From positions 187,054,001 to 187,118,000 of the forward strand of contig NC_042998.1 in the NCBI RefSeq assembly GCF_006345805.1: 64,000 bases of DNA. The letters run 5' to 3'. The stretch comes from Octopus sinensis. Taxonomy: Eukaryota. The notes under the pieces were generated by a model. It was given only the letters and a program-made list of their open reading frames with translations, did not search any database and was not told the origin of the DNA. The position numbers and the translations under genes were made by a program. Positions 51,517 through 63,689 of this stretch are shown one piece after another; the stretch's first letter is position 1, and each line of letters opens with the position of its first letter.

Positions 51517-51895
51517 TCTCTCTATATATATAAACGGCAGTTTGTCTGTGTGTGTGTTTCTGTGTGTCTGTTTGGTTGTACCCTCACTCTGACCACGGCT
51601 TTCAACCGATTCTGATGAAACTTGACACACACACATAGCCCAATGTCATAATTCAAAACTAACGCAGCGAAAATTTTGAAAAGTTCCCCCAGTTCTGAAA
51701 AAAATCGATAAATTCGACATGGGGTCGATAATCAGAAACACAAACCACAGACTGTCTAGGGGACGCAACTCCACCTTTTTAACTCTCAAAAAAAATTTAC
51801 CATCATTTTCCCCCCATATTTTGGCTATAACTATCTAAAAATGCTTTATAGTTATTTCCCTTACAAACCCGAGCAACGCCGGGCGATACTGCTAG
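51517..51895 (+). mobile_element. Complete non-autonomous Helitron
   Basis: A|TC 5' end; hairpin CCCGAGCAACGCCGGG (51868-51883); CTAG|T 3' end; AT target with no TSD. Confidence 0.85.
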
Positions 51896-52129
51896 TTATA
51901 GCATAAATAGTGAAAGAATTAAAGAAAGAAGTAAAACACCAAGGAAGTTAATACTATGTGGAAATTAAGACTTAATCCGGGGGCAATTACCAAAACAACT
52001 AAATACACCCGATTACGATAAACAACAAAGTCAAATTTTCATGTCTCTTAACCGAAAAGGAAAACTGAAGACCTTAATAACTATTTATAATGTAAGCACA
52101 AGATCACAGATTTGTGAGACGGTGTTTAG

Positions 52130-52500
52130 TTGATTAAAACCACTCCAAAACCTGACTGATATTATATTTTATCGACCATGGAAAGATAAACGGTAAAGTT
52201 GACCTTCGGCAAGATTTCATTTCAGACAATAAAGAGCCAGATAATACTGCAAGGCATTTTATCCAATTAGTCTACTAATCTACAACATTTTTTAATTATG
52301 ATTTCTTTCGAAGGCACAAGACCAGTAAATCTGGGAGGAGGAGCCTAATCGATTAAATTGACTACAGTATTTGAATGGTACTTTATTCTATCGATCCCCG
52401 AGGAATGAGGGCAAAGTAGACTTTGGCGGAATTTAGGCACATAAAGTAAAGAGCCAGAACAAATACTACAAGGTATTTTTTCCGTTGTCCTAACACTTCA
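52130..52500 (-). mobile_element. Two old, decayed family A SINE copies
   Basis: TTTTATCGACC...GAAAGAT...AAAGTTGACC and TATCGATCCCCGAGGAATGAGGGCAAAGTAGAC cores. Confidence 0.6.
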
Positions 52501-52802
52501 ACCAAACTACACAGTCTATTATAAGGCTTCAGACGGCCTAATAATAATCGTTACTCCAGACCAAAACATCCCAAATTGAAACCATATAAAATGTTTACTT
52601 CAGCAATACACCAAACTTGAACACTGCATGTGTAGTCCGTTGTGATCCTAAGTCGCATCCTGATTACCTCACTCTGTTCGCCTCAGATTTAGGAAACATG
52701 GATGGCCGAGATAGAGCCCTCAGGCACCTCCTTCATAGGGACCTATCAAAAGCAATCATCATTACACTCTCCGGCTGGTTTTCCAAGCCCCATCGTCTGA
52801 GA

Positions 52803-53229
52803 CTCTTTACTCTCTTTTACTCTTTTACTTGTTTCAGTTATTTGACTGCGGCCATGCTGGAGCACCGCCTTTAGTCGAGCAAATCGATCCCGGGACTTAT
52901 TCTTTGTAAGCCCAGTACTTATTCTATCGGTCTCTTTTGCCGAACCGCTAAGTAACGGGGACATAAACACACCAGCATCGGTTTTCAAGCAATGCTAGGG
53001 GTACAAACACAGACACACAAACATAGACACACACATACATACATATATATATATATACATATATACGACGGGCTTCTTTCAGTTTCCGTCTTCCAAATCC
53101 ACTCACAAGGCATTGGTCGGCCCGGGGCTATAGCAGAAGACACTTGCCCAAGATGCCACGCAGTGGGACTGAACCCGGAAACCATGTGGCTGGTAAACAA
53201 GCTACTTACCACACAGCCACTCCTGCGCC
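52803..53229 (-). mobile_element. Full-length family B SINE
   Basis: Complete head, body and tail. Confidence 0.9.
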
Positions 53230-53465
53230 GATGGATGTTATCTAACCATTTCCTTCTTGGTCTACCTCTAAGTCTTCTTGCCTTGAAGAATCCGTCATGC
53301 GATCTTTGCTACGACATTCTAACCACATACCTGTAGTACCGGAACTGTGACCTCTTAATATGGAGAAGTAGCGGCTCGATTTGGAGAGAGTTCCTGATCT
53401 TCGAGTTATGTCATGGAACGTTACTCCAGAATGTCTTCGGAGGAACCCCATTTCGGCTGCTTGTA
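53230..53465 (-). mobile_element. RTE-clade LINE fragment
   Basis: GFLRRHSGVTFHDITRRS... with a frameshifted RGRPRRKW-type end. Confidence 0.65.
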
Positions 53466-54136
53466 TTTATGATCTTGGTGGATTCCTCCTTTTCGCCTTC
53501 GGCCCAGTGCGTCCATGCTGCCAACAAAGCACGCGGAATTCTGTTCTTGATTCGACGGTCATTCGGAATGCTCACAGCAGCCATATTCCTACCACTCTAT
53601 GTCACGCTGGTGAGACCCATATTGGAGTATGGGATTCAAGCCTCTTCTCCTTATCTCCTCAAAGACATACAGCATCTCGAAAGAGTCCAGAAGCTGGCTA
53701 CCCGCATGGTTCATGGTCTCAAAATTTGTCCTACGAAGAAAGGCTGAAGACGCTCGACCTTTATTCTCTTGAAAAATGCCGCCGCCGTAGTGATCTCATT
53801 CTCGCCCACAACATCATAAGCGGAAGTGTAACCTCTCGAAAGAGCTGTTCTTCACTCCTGCTCCAGAGCGTCGGCTGCGAGTCATTCCGAAAAGCTCTAC
53901 CTGCGACGATTTCATCTCAATCGAAGAGAGGAGCTTTCTCCGTCCGGGTTGCGGATCCGTGGAACAAGCTGCCAGACGAGATGGTAAAGATGCCGACGAC
54001 CGCTTTGTTCAAAGCCTCCCTGGACCTCAAGTGGCCTGAACTCTTTACATGAACACCACCCTGTACTTAACTCCATGTCCCCCTACATGGCCTTGCTATT
54101 TGCTTTTGAGCCAAATTAACTAACTAACTAACTAAC
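53466..54136 (+). mobile_element. CR1-clade LINE 3' end, 5'-truncated, comparatively young
   Basis: AANKARGILFLIRRSF...LYVTLVRPILEYGIQASSPYLLKDIQHLERVQKLATRMV, SYEERLKTLDLYSLE, FSVRVADPWNKLP; (TAAC)n tail. Confidence 0.9.
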
Positions 54137-54479
54137 ATGATCGAATTCGTTCAGTCATTACCTAATATTATTTAGTGCTTAATGAATTGTGGCGAAAAAA
54201 CCTTTCAAGATAGAGCACTAATCTATCGCAAGAAGCTTTCCTCAAAAAAACTTACTATTTATCTTCCAATAAGACAAATTTGAGCTAGTAGAATTAAGTA
54301 TTATTTTACTCAGAAACAAACGAAAATACAGCAACGTAAAATGAACTCACTCTTCTTTAGCGAGTCGTTCAATACATTATCCATTTTTCCGAAGACGTTT
54401 CAAAGAGAAATAAAACAGAAGCTCCAGCATGGCTGTGCAGTTAAGAAGCTCGCTTTACTACCTTGTGTTTTTTTTTAAA

Positions 54480-54565
54480 TCTCACTGCGTTGCACTCTGG
54501 AGTCCCAGGCCGACCAATGCCTTGTCAGTGAATTTGGTAGACGGAAACTGCGTAGAAGCCCATCG

Positions 54566-54622
<57 letters not shown>

Positions 54623-54624
54623 CT

Positions 54625-54655
<31 letters not shown>

Positions 54656-54960
54656 ATATAATTATATATAATATATATATTTATATATATATATATATAT
54701 ATGTATGCATGTATGTATGTATGTATGAGTTAGTGTATGTATCATGTATGTATGTGTGTGTAGGTCTTTGTGAATGTATTTGTCGTCTCCCCATCGCTTG
54801 ACAACCGGTGCTAGTTTGTTTATGTTCCCGTAACATAACGGTTCAGCAAAAGGGACTGGTAGAATAATTACCAGGTTTTTTAAAAAATAAGTACTAAGGT
54901 CGATTTGTTCGACTAAACCCTTCCAGGTGGGGGCCCAGTGTGGCCGCAATTTAATGACTG
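54480..54960 (+). mobile_element. Diverged family B SINE
   Basis: GGTAGACGGAAACTG...GAAGCCCATCGTATAT, microsatellite, CATCGCTTGACAACCGGTGC...GACTGAAACC. Confidence 0.75.
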
Positions 54961-54999
54961 AACCAAATAAACGATAAAAGGTAAAAGATAAAACTTAAA

Positions 55000-55224
55000 G
55001 GCGTAACTTCGGTATACGTACCGGAGGTACCGGATACATTTCAAGGAAGTGTTTTTTTTATATATATGGAGGGGTTAGGGTTAGGGTTAGGATTAGGGTT
55101 TGTGTTAGGGTTAGGGTTAGGGTTTGTGTTAGGGTTAGGGGTGGGAGAAAAGGGTTTCTGTTATCTTCAGAAATGTAAACAAAGCCACTTCCGGTACTGA
55201 CGGGACGTATACCGAAGGATCGCC
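55000..55224. mobile_element. MITE-like element carrying internal telomeric (TTAGGG)n
   Basis: TIR CTTCGGTATACGT(A/C)CCG(GAG/TCA)GTACCGGA at 55007-55034 and 55190-55217; outer GGCG/CGCC; about 9 TTAGGG-type units at 55073-55140. TSD not evident. Confidence 0.75.
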
Positions 55225-56309
55225 AACATAAAATACGAAAAAAAAAATATGCATTAATAAAGTGATAGTGTCACTCGAATGATAACCGCATTATTTGACT
55301 GAAACTGATTCCTTCCTCTCTTGACTCTCATGAAATAAGATTACAGACAACAAAGATATTTCTCTACCGCATTTTCTGTCTCACACACTCCATAATCTAT
55401 CCTATCATTATTAGATTTCCGTTTAATTTATTACTCATCGCTAAGTAACTCATACATTTGTTAGTTGGTAATTGGTTTTCGCGCCAAACTCTGCTGACAT
55501 GAATTATGATTTAGTTATAATCTTCTAGGCCGTCTTTATTTTATATTCTGCCCTACTTCAAAACAGACCCCGAAGAAGACATTGCATGTGAGAGCTATCA
55601 ACTGTCTCAGAGTTAGTTGTGACTGGTAACACCCTTCACTTATAATTCTTTTTTCATATTCTTAGTGAAAAAGAACCTATCGTTTCGTTTGTATATCTAT
55701 ATATTTATTTATTTATGTATTTACTTATTTAATCAATTTAAGCTCCCGTGTGAAGCCAGAAAGCTATGACAGACTAAAAAGATGTTATTTAATACTCTTG
55801 TTTTACATGTGTGAGAGTATATGTGTGAGAGAGAGGAAGAGAGAGAAAAAGAAAGCGAGAGAAAGAAAGAGAGGGTGGAAAACATGTGAGAAGAATAGGA
55901 AAGGACAAAGAAAAGCTAGATCTTTCTTGTTGTTAAACCTTCATTGTAACTGACATGAATTAGATCTTATTTATGACTTATAAATTCTTGAGAATGAAAA
56001 ATATCTGTAATTTTGGTAACCTTTTCAAGATCAATTTCAAAATGTCATCTCTCTCAAATTGGTGACTTTAGAACTAACTGGAATCTAAAGAAAGTCTAAA
56101 ATGAATTACCAGATCTCATTGCTACGTATGTGCTTCAAGCAAATGCAAAACCATTTCTCGGGGCCTCGGCAGTGGTGCCGCTAAGAAGCTCTAACTTTGA
56201 CTTAAAGCAAAGTCGATCCCGATTGATTTGAAACTGAGTGTAATGGGGACTTGACCAAATTCTGCAAGACAGTTCGGCATTCCGCTGATTCTACCATTCC
56301 ATTATCTTC

Positions 56310-56388
56310 AAGAGTACTAATACTAATACTACTACTGCTACTGTTGCTACTACTAATACTACTACCACTACTGCTACTACTATTGCTG

Positions 56389-56420
<32 letters not shown>

Positions 56421-56421
56421 G

Positions 56422-56488
<67 letters not shown>
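56310..56488. repeat. (CTA)n-(TAA)n microsatellite
   Basis: Direct reading. Confidence 0.95.
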
Positions 56489-56489
<1 letters not shown>

Positions 56490-56490
<1 letters not shown>

Positions 56491-56932
56491 TTAGTATTCC
56501 TTGCGATCACAATATAGCTTTGAAAGAATTTGACAAGATCAATAAATATAAAGACTTGCTAACAGAAATTGAAAAAATGTGGCATCTCAAGTCGACTACA
56601 GTACCAGTGATTGTAGGATCGCTAGGAGTGATAAAAAAACAAGGTACTGAAACCTATTTGAAAATGATACCAGGCTTACCATCCCTACAGGAAGTTCAAA
56701 AATTGTGTTAACTGGAACGACTCATGTACTGAGAAGAGCATTATCGCTGTCAAAATAACATACATTCATGAATTTATTTATTTATTAATTTTTTAAATAC
56801 ATATTTTACCTGTGACTTTGCGTGTGTAGTCTGGGAGTGAATACAATGAGCTTCTCTGCCCTAAATGTACGGAAAACACTAGGCAAGAAACGGAAGAAAA
56901 TTTGAAGAAAGAAGAAAAAAACATAATAATTT
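56490..56932 (+). mobile_element. R4/Dong 3' fragment adjacent to (TAA)n
   Basis: IPCDHNIALKEFDKINKYKDLLTEIEKMWHLKSTTVPVIVGSLGVIKK...LQEVQK...GTTHVLRRALS, then 3' UTR. Confidence 0.85.
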
Positions 56933-56972
56933 TTAAAAGGATCAGCGTAACTCTTCACAAAGATAAATAGGT

Positions 56973-57841
56973 AATACGTAGAGAGCGATGCGATTTCAAT
57001 ACATATGTTATTGGTTGAACGATATTTCGACAGCTAACCTGTCTTTGTCGAGCTCAAAATGAAAAGTGGTACATAGAAATTCGAAATTATAGAAATTCAA
57101 ATCCGAAATATGAACGAGGGCAACCAGCATCCCCACATTGATGAAGTGACATCATCAGTCTTCAATTTTCAAGTTTACAAGTGGCAAAAAGAAAATGAAA
57201 GAAAAGGGAAAAAAGAGAACAGAAAAGAAAAAAGAAAAGGTAAATGAAGAATATTTAATTGAATAGTTTTGTGTAAATATGATGAAATTCTCCTGTCATG
57301 TGGGATGACGTGGCCTTGCAAAATATCTCTGTCACTATTCTGCCTCCAGAAAACTTTCGATAGAACTTGTCGAACATTTTGCATCAAGCAGCTGCAATTT
57401 TGAAAAGGACTTGAAATTGCATATTCTCTGAAAATATTCTGAATCTGCTACACTTTCAGTACCCAAAATGCATGAGAAGAAATATGTTTGCAAGTTATTA
57501 ACATCACACTCTGAAGGAATGAATAAAATGTCAAGAGAATTTCATCATATTTACACAAACTGTTTGATTAAATATTCATATTTTTTTCCTTTTCTCTTTT
57601 ATTCCCTTTTTTCCTCCCTTTTTCTTCTTGCCAATTGTAAACTTGATAATTGAAGACTGATGATGCCATTCTATCAATGTGAGGGCGCTGGTTGCCCTCG
57701 TTCATATTTTAGATTTGAATTTCTATAATTTCGAATTTCTATGTATCACTTTCATTTTGAATTCGTCAAAGACACACTAGCTGTCGAAGTATCGTTCAAC
57801 CAATGAAATATCGGTTGCAATCACATCACGCTCTCCGTATT
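56973..57841 (+). mobile_element. Penelope-like element remnant: GIY-YIG C-terminus flanked by inverted ~320-bp pLTRs
   Basis: Arms 56973-57292 and 57535-57841 are inverted copies. The spacer reads VEHFASSSCNFEKDLKLHIL*KY...KMHEKKYVCKLLTSHSEGMN, matching the PLE endonuclease end (HF...L.E...KL.T..P.GLN). Confidence 0.8.
57015..57057 (-). ncRNA. Minimal type I hammerhead-like motif with variant core
   Basis: Minus strand UUGAGC-UCGACAA-A-GACAG-GUUAG-CUGUC-GAAA-U-AUC-GUUCAA: 6-bp stem I, 5-bp stem II, palindromic AUAU stem III, U3/A8 covariation, AUC site. Confidence 0.6.
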
Positions 57842-57859
57842 GTCTAACAATAATAATCC

Positions 57860-58236
57860 TTTCTACAACTGGCACAAGGCCTGAAATTTAGGGGAGGGGA
57901 TAGTCGATTACATCGACCCCGGTGTTACACTGGTCCTTAAAGGATGAAGGGCAAAGTCGACCTCGGCGGAATTTGAACTCGGAAAGTAGCGGCAGACAAA
58001 ATACCTATTTCTTTACTACCCACAAGGGGCTAAACACTGAGAGAACAAACAAGGGCAGATAAACGGATTAAGTCGATTACATCTACCCCAGTGCATAACT
58101 GGTACTTAATTTATCGATCCCGAAAGGATGAAAGTAAAATCGACCTCGGCGGAATTTGACCTCAGAACGTAACGGCAGACGAAATACGGCTACACATTTC
58201 GTCCGGCGGGATAACGATTCTGTCAGCTTGCCGCCT

Positions 58237-58238
<2 letters not shown>
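57860..58238 (-). mobile_element. Family A SINE inserted into an older family A SINE
   Basis: Junction AAAGAAATA|GGTATTTTGTC near 58003; full head ends at 58238. Confidence 0.85.
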
Positions 58239-58239
<1 letters not shown>

Positions 58240-58273
<34 letters not shown>

Positions 58274-58610
58274 ACTAATAATAATAATAATAATAACAAC
58301 AACAACGACAACAACAACAGCAACAACAATTTCTTTGGCTACAAGCACCGCAAAAACATTTAAAATACAAAGACAATGTAGACTTACATAAATACGTGTA
58401 AGCAATAAAGAAGAAGAAGAAGAAGAAGGAGAAGAAGAAGAAGAAGAAGAAGAAGAAGAAGAAGAAGGAGGAGGAGGGAGGAGGAGGGAGAGGAGGAAGA
58501 AGAAGAAGAGAAGAAGAGAAGAAGAAGAAGAAGAAGAAGAAGAAGAAGAAGAAGAGAAGAAGAAGAAGAAGAAGAAGAAGAAGAAGAAGAAGAAGAAGAA
58601 GAAGAAGAAT
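58240..58610. repeat. GAT/AAT/AAC/GAA trinucleotide microsatellites
   Basis: Direct reading. Confidence 0.95.
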
Positions 58611-58664
58611 TAACAAGCATATTATAACAATATAATTCTTTAGGAGAGAGAATGCCTCTCAGGG

Positions 58665-59090
58665 GCAACAAAGGAACCTCCTCAGATTCCGAGTCGCTCT
58701 ACTTACCAGGAATACCATGGCAAGTGTTCCTTCTTCCTATTCTTCCTAATCTTCAGCTGACAGGCGCATGCGTAGACTAGATCCATTTACCCGGACCACT
58801 CTTGCTGCACTCACTCACCTCTTTACAGATTTACTGGTAAGAGAAAGCGCCCCCTCGCCACTTTCATTTTCTTTTCGAAATGGAACTTGTCAAAGTCGAC
58901 GAGGGTTTAGTTGATAAGGTGTCTGTTTTTTTTCAATCCTTCCATCGCGTCTATCATACAGCCTCTTTCGCCATTGCCACCAGTCACAGGAAATCTGCTT
59001 TCCTTTTCAGTCCAAGGAAGGTGATAAGGCAGTCTTCGCGATGGAGTTGGCTGATAACTGGATTCAACATAATTACCAAATCCACCACCT
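58665..59090 (-). mobile_element. Second L1/Tx1 3' fragment
   Basis: Minus strand LVAMAKEAV..TRWK...KFHFE.KMKV parallels LVTVAKETAWWTRLK...KYFLKRKVRV of the 17.4-19.1 kb copy. Confidence 0.65.
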
Positions 59091-59257
59091 TCTAATCATT
59101 TCTAAGGCCTAACATTTGGAAATGGTATTAATCAATGCCATTGGTCTTTTTGGTATTTATTCTATCGGTTTCTTTTGCCAACCGCTAAGTTATGGGTACG
59201 TAAACAAGCACCAGTTGCCAAGTGGTAGTGGTAGGACAAACACAAACACACAGCCTC

Positions 59258-59315
<58 letters not shown>

Positions 59316-59702
59316 TTCGGTGGCTATACCAGAATAAGGAGCTATTTCTAGCACTAGAGTTAACCACTTAACGCTAACTCTCTTATATTTACGTATAAAT
59401 TTGTATTGTCTCCCTGGTTTTTATGTGCTAGGCCACTTGGTGTTAAACTGATGGTATTATTAAATTGATATCTAATTTTTCACCCTCATTTATGAATTTA
59501 TATATATGACGTGCTTCCATGCAGTTTCCGTCAACCAAATTCATTGAAAAGGCATTCGTCAGATTAGGACAATGGTAGAAGGTACTTCTCCATGGGATCT
59601 TACAATATTATGTGGTTCCAAAGCGAGCTTCTTCGACTCGAGAAAAATGGAAGATATAGTCAATCTTGGCGGATTTGAACTAAGAACTCAGGACATATGG
59701 AA

Positions 59703-60082
59703 GCACTCCGTCGGTTACGACGACGAGGGTTCCGGTTGATCCGAATCAACAGAACAGCCTGCTCGTGAAATTAACGTGTAAGTGGCTGAGCACTCCACAG
59801 ACACGTGTACCCTTAACGTAGTTCTCGGGGATATTCAGTGTGACACAGAGAGTGACAAGGCCGGCCCTTTGAAATACAGGTACAACAGAAACAGGAAGTA
59901 AGAGTGAGAGAAAGTTATGGTGAAAGAGTACAGCAGGGATCACCACCATCCCCTGCCGGAGCCTCGTGGAGCTTTTAGGTGTTTTCGCTCAATAAACACT
60001 CACAGCGCCCGGTCTGGGAATCGAAACAGCGATCCTATGACCGCGAGTCCGCTGCCCTAACCACTGGGCCATTGCGCCTCCA
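59703..60082 (-). mobile_element. Full-length tRNA(Arg)-like SINE, family C, tail variant 1
   Basis: Same head and central part as the 25020 and 41397 copies but a different 3' half ending ...CGTCGTCGTAACCGACGGAGTGC. Confidence 0.9.
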
Positions 60083-60559
60083 CACTCAGGACATAACTGA
60101 CTATCACAAGACATTTCTGTATGTTTATATTACAATTCTAGAAAAATCCATTGGCATTCTACCTTTTACATAGTATTAATACTAAACAAACACACGAACA
60201 AACAAATAATTAATAATTATTTTCGTTCGAGCAATTATGCAGATATTCTAATGAATGTAGGTTTATTGCAGAATTTACGTTGCTTTTCCTCCTCTTTTCC
60301 ACTCTCCCAGGAAGTTAAGTGTTTTACAGTCAAATTGAAATTCGCAATCTTTTGTTTAGTTCAAGACTTAGCATATTCCCATGAATACCATGCTGAACAA
60401 CAACAACTATTCGCCGATCATTAAAACCGCAAGATTCAGTGACAGCCAGGAAGAACGAACAAATATGTAGTTTGAATGACTCATGTATAGAACGCACCTT
60501 TGGTTACTGCAAGCATTTTATTACCATTTCCATTGCCAGTACATTGTATTGTATATGCT

Positions 60560-62042
60560 ATGCGTATGTGCATGCATGAGGTGTGTGTGTGAGGAGTGTG
60601 TGCGTGCATGGCTATATAATTGTGTATGGATATGAAGACACGTACACACGTACACACCACACATGTATATGAATGTATGTATGTAAACGTGTGTATATAC
60701 GTATGTGTGTACATAGGCATGTACACGTGTATGTATGTGTATGTACATCCATATATATATGCATACATACATACATGTTTTATATATGTGTACATATACT
60801 TATCTACATGTGCATGTACTTAGGATATATATGTATATTTGTGTGTGTATATATATATATATATACATACATATATATATACATATACATATATATATAC
60901 ATATACATATATATACATATATATATATATACATATATACACACACATATATACATATATACACACACACATATATATATGTATATATTCATGTATATGT
61001 ATATGTGTATATATATATAAATATAATATATGTATGTATATATGTAAGCACACACATATACGCATATACACACATATATATATACAACCATACGTATGTG
61101 TGTGTTTGTGTGTGTAAATATGTTTTTGCATGTGTGTGTGCCTGTGAATGGGTGTACATGTACACAAACACTCACAGACTTGTACATACATGTACAAACA
61201 CTGCTACTTGCATTAATAATTTCACCGACGGTTTCAGATATCACAAGCTCCAAGATATTTATGACAGCGTTTAAAACATTTTAGTCTAGAAAAATATTAA
61301 CTAACAAGAAAGATATTTGATCAATTCCATTTCTTAAGCAAGATGTTTATCAACGCCGCCATCAACATCACCATCACCATCATCATCATCAGCCGCAGCA
61401 ACAGTAGAAGCACAACTATCATCATCATCATCACCGTGACCTTTTCCTTCTTTTGTGCTTGTACTTTTGAGAATATGTTGGAATGAATAGATGAAATATT
61501 GAAAAGTGCATATTTACAGCAGACTAACTAATGACCAAGACAATTAAATGAGTAATATAATATTCTGTTTAGTACTAGGTAATTTTGTATTTTTCTCCGC
61601 GTACGTGTGTGCTTGTATGTACATACATGAATGCATACATACATACATAGATACATACATACATACATACATACATAGATACATACATACATGCATAGAC
61701 ACATACATACATACATACATACATACATACATACGTAATACATACATACATACATTCAGTACATGCATACATACACACATACATACATACATACATACAT
61801 ACATACATACATACATACATACATACATGCATACATACATACATGCATACATACATACATAATACATACATACATACATACATACATACATAATACATAT
61901 ACACACACATACATAATACATACGCACATACATACATACATACATACATACATACGTACATACATACATACATGCACACATACATACACACGCACATATA
62001 TACATACACACACACATATACATACATACATACATACATACA

Positions 62043-62073
<31 letters not shown>

Positions 62074-62100
62074 GTTCGTACGTATGTGTGTGTGTGTGTA
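60560..62100. repeat. TA/TG/ATAC microsatellite blocks with short unique islands
   Basis: Direct reading. Confidence 0.9.
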
Positions 62101-62269
62101 GATCGGAAGAGGAAAGGTATAGTTAGTGAGATTATTGTTCAGTTTGAAATTATTATTATTCTTTCTGTGGTTGTTGTTGTTGTTATTGCTGTTGTTGTTG
62201 TTGTTGTTATTGTTGTTCGCTGTACTAGCATGTACTCAAGCTCTCTCCGTAAGTACTTTTTTTCGCACA

Positions 62270-62400
62270 TAAGCACAGGCGTTAGTGGTAAGAAGCTTGC
62301 TTTCCAACTACCAGGTTCCGGATTCGTTCTCGCTCCGTGGCACCTTGGGTAAATGCCTCGTAAGTAGATCTGGTACACGGAAACTGAAAGAAGCCCGTCG
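62270..62400 (+). mobile_element. 5' part of a diverged family B SINE
   Basis: GTGGTAAGAAGCTTGCTTTCC...GGCACCTTGGG...GGAAACTGAAAGAAGCCCGTCGTATAT. Confidence 0.7.
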
Positions 62401-62446
62401 TATATATATATATATATTATATATATATATATATCTATATATATAT

Positions 62447-62499
<53 letters not shown>

Positions 62500-63281
62500 A
62501 ATATATATATATATAAAGCTTGGTTTATAAATGCTCAAATTAAAATCAGAAAATTGAGAAGTAGCATTAATATAATTCATTAATTGCAAAAATTCAACAT
62601 GTTTTCCTACAGCTGTTTCGATCTTGCCCGGAAGAATTAAATTCCAGTAATTACAACGAGATTTTGCCCCAAAATGTTTTAAATTACTGGAATTTAATTC
62701 TTTTGGGCAAAATCTTTTGGGCTATTTTTCTTGTTTACGATCTTGTTCATCTTACTGCTGATGGTGCTGTTGATACAGTTGCTGTTGTAGTTTCTGCAGT
62801 TTGTGGTGCTGCTGCTGTTCACATTGTTGCTGCTGCTGTAGTCGTCGCCATCGTCATTATCGTTGCTGCTAGTACTTTTGCACTTGTTACTGTCGTCGTA
62901 GCAACAAGAAGAAATTATATTTCTCTTTGGCGAGAAATGAATTTCACCTTCCTCTGCGTTTCTATTTGGAGTTATAACTGAGTCATCGGAACGCTGCTCT
63001 CGGTCGATTATTATTATTTTTACGTAACCCGACATTTTTTAAAATGGGAAAAATAAGTAAGATTCTGTCTTCACAAAAAATGCAAAGCAATTATTACACC
63101 CCACCCCCTAAAGGGATGCAATTACACAAAATGTTACCACCACGATCCAGACAATGCAAGCAAAATATGTGTTAAATAAAATTTTGCATGAACGGGCTGC
63201 AACCAGCCGAAATGTTTGATTAAACACTTACATGTTACGGAGTTCCAATTTGTATGACTTCACAGGCTGACGGCCAAAATG

Positions 63282-63661
<380 letters not shown>

Positions 63662-63689
63662 GAAATTTGAGTAACGAGAGAGAGAGAGA

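Noticed and set aside
21700-62400. Dozens of 60-440 aa ORFs rich in YI, HT, VC, MYVC or homopolymer runs (e.g. 28739-30070, 30664-31572, 49989-50498)
   Set aside because: They are translations of di-, tri- and tetranucleotide microsatellites lacking stops; no domain content.
62694-63035. 113-aa N/S/D-rich minus-strand ORF
   Set aside because: Mostly degenerate trinucleotide repeat, with no splice or homology support.
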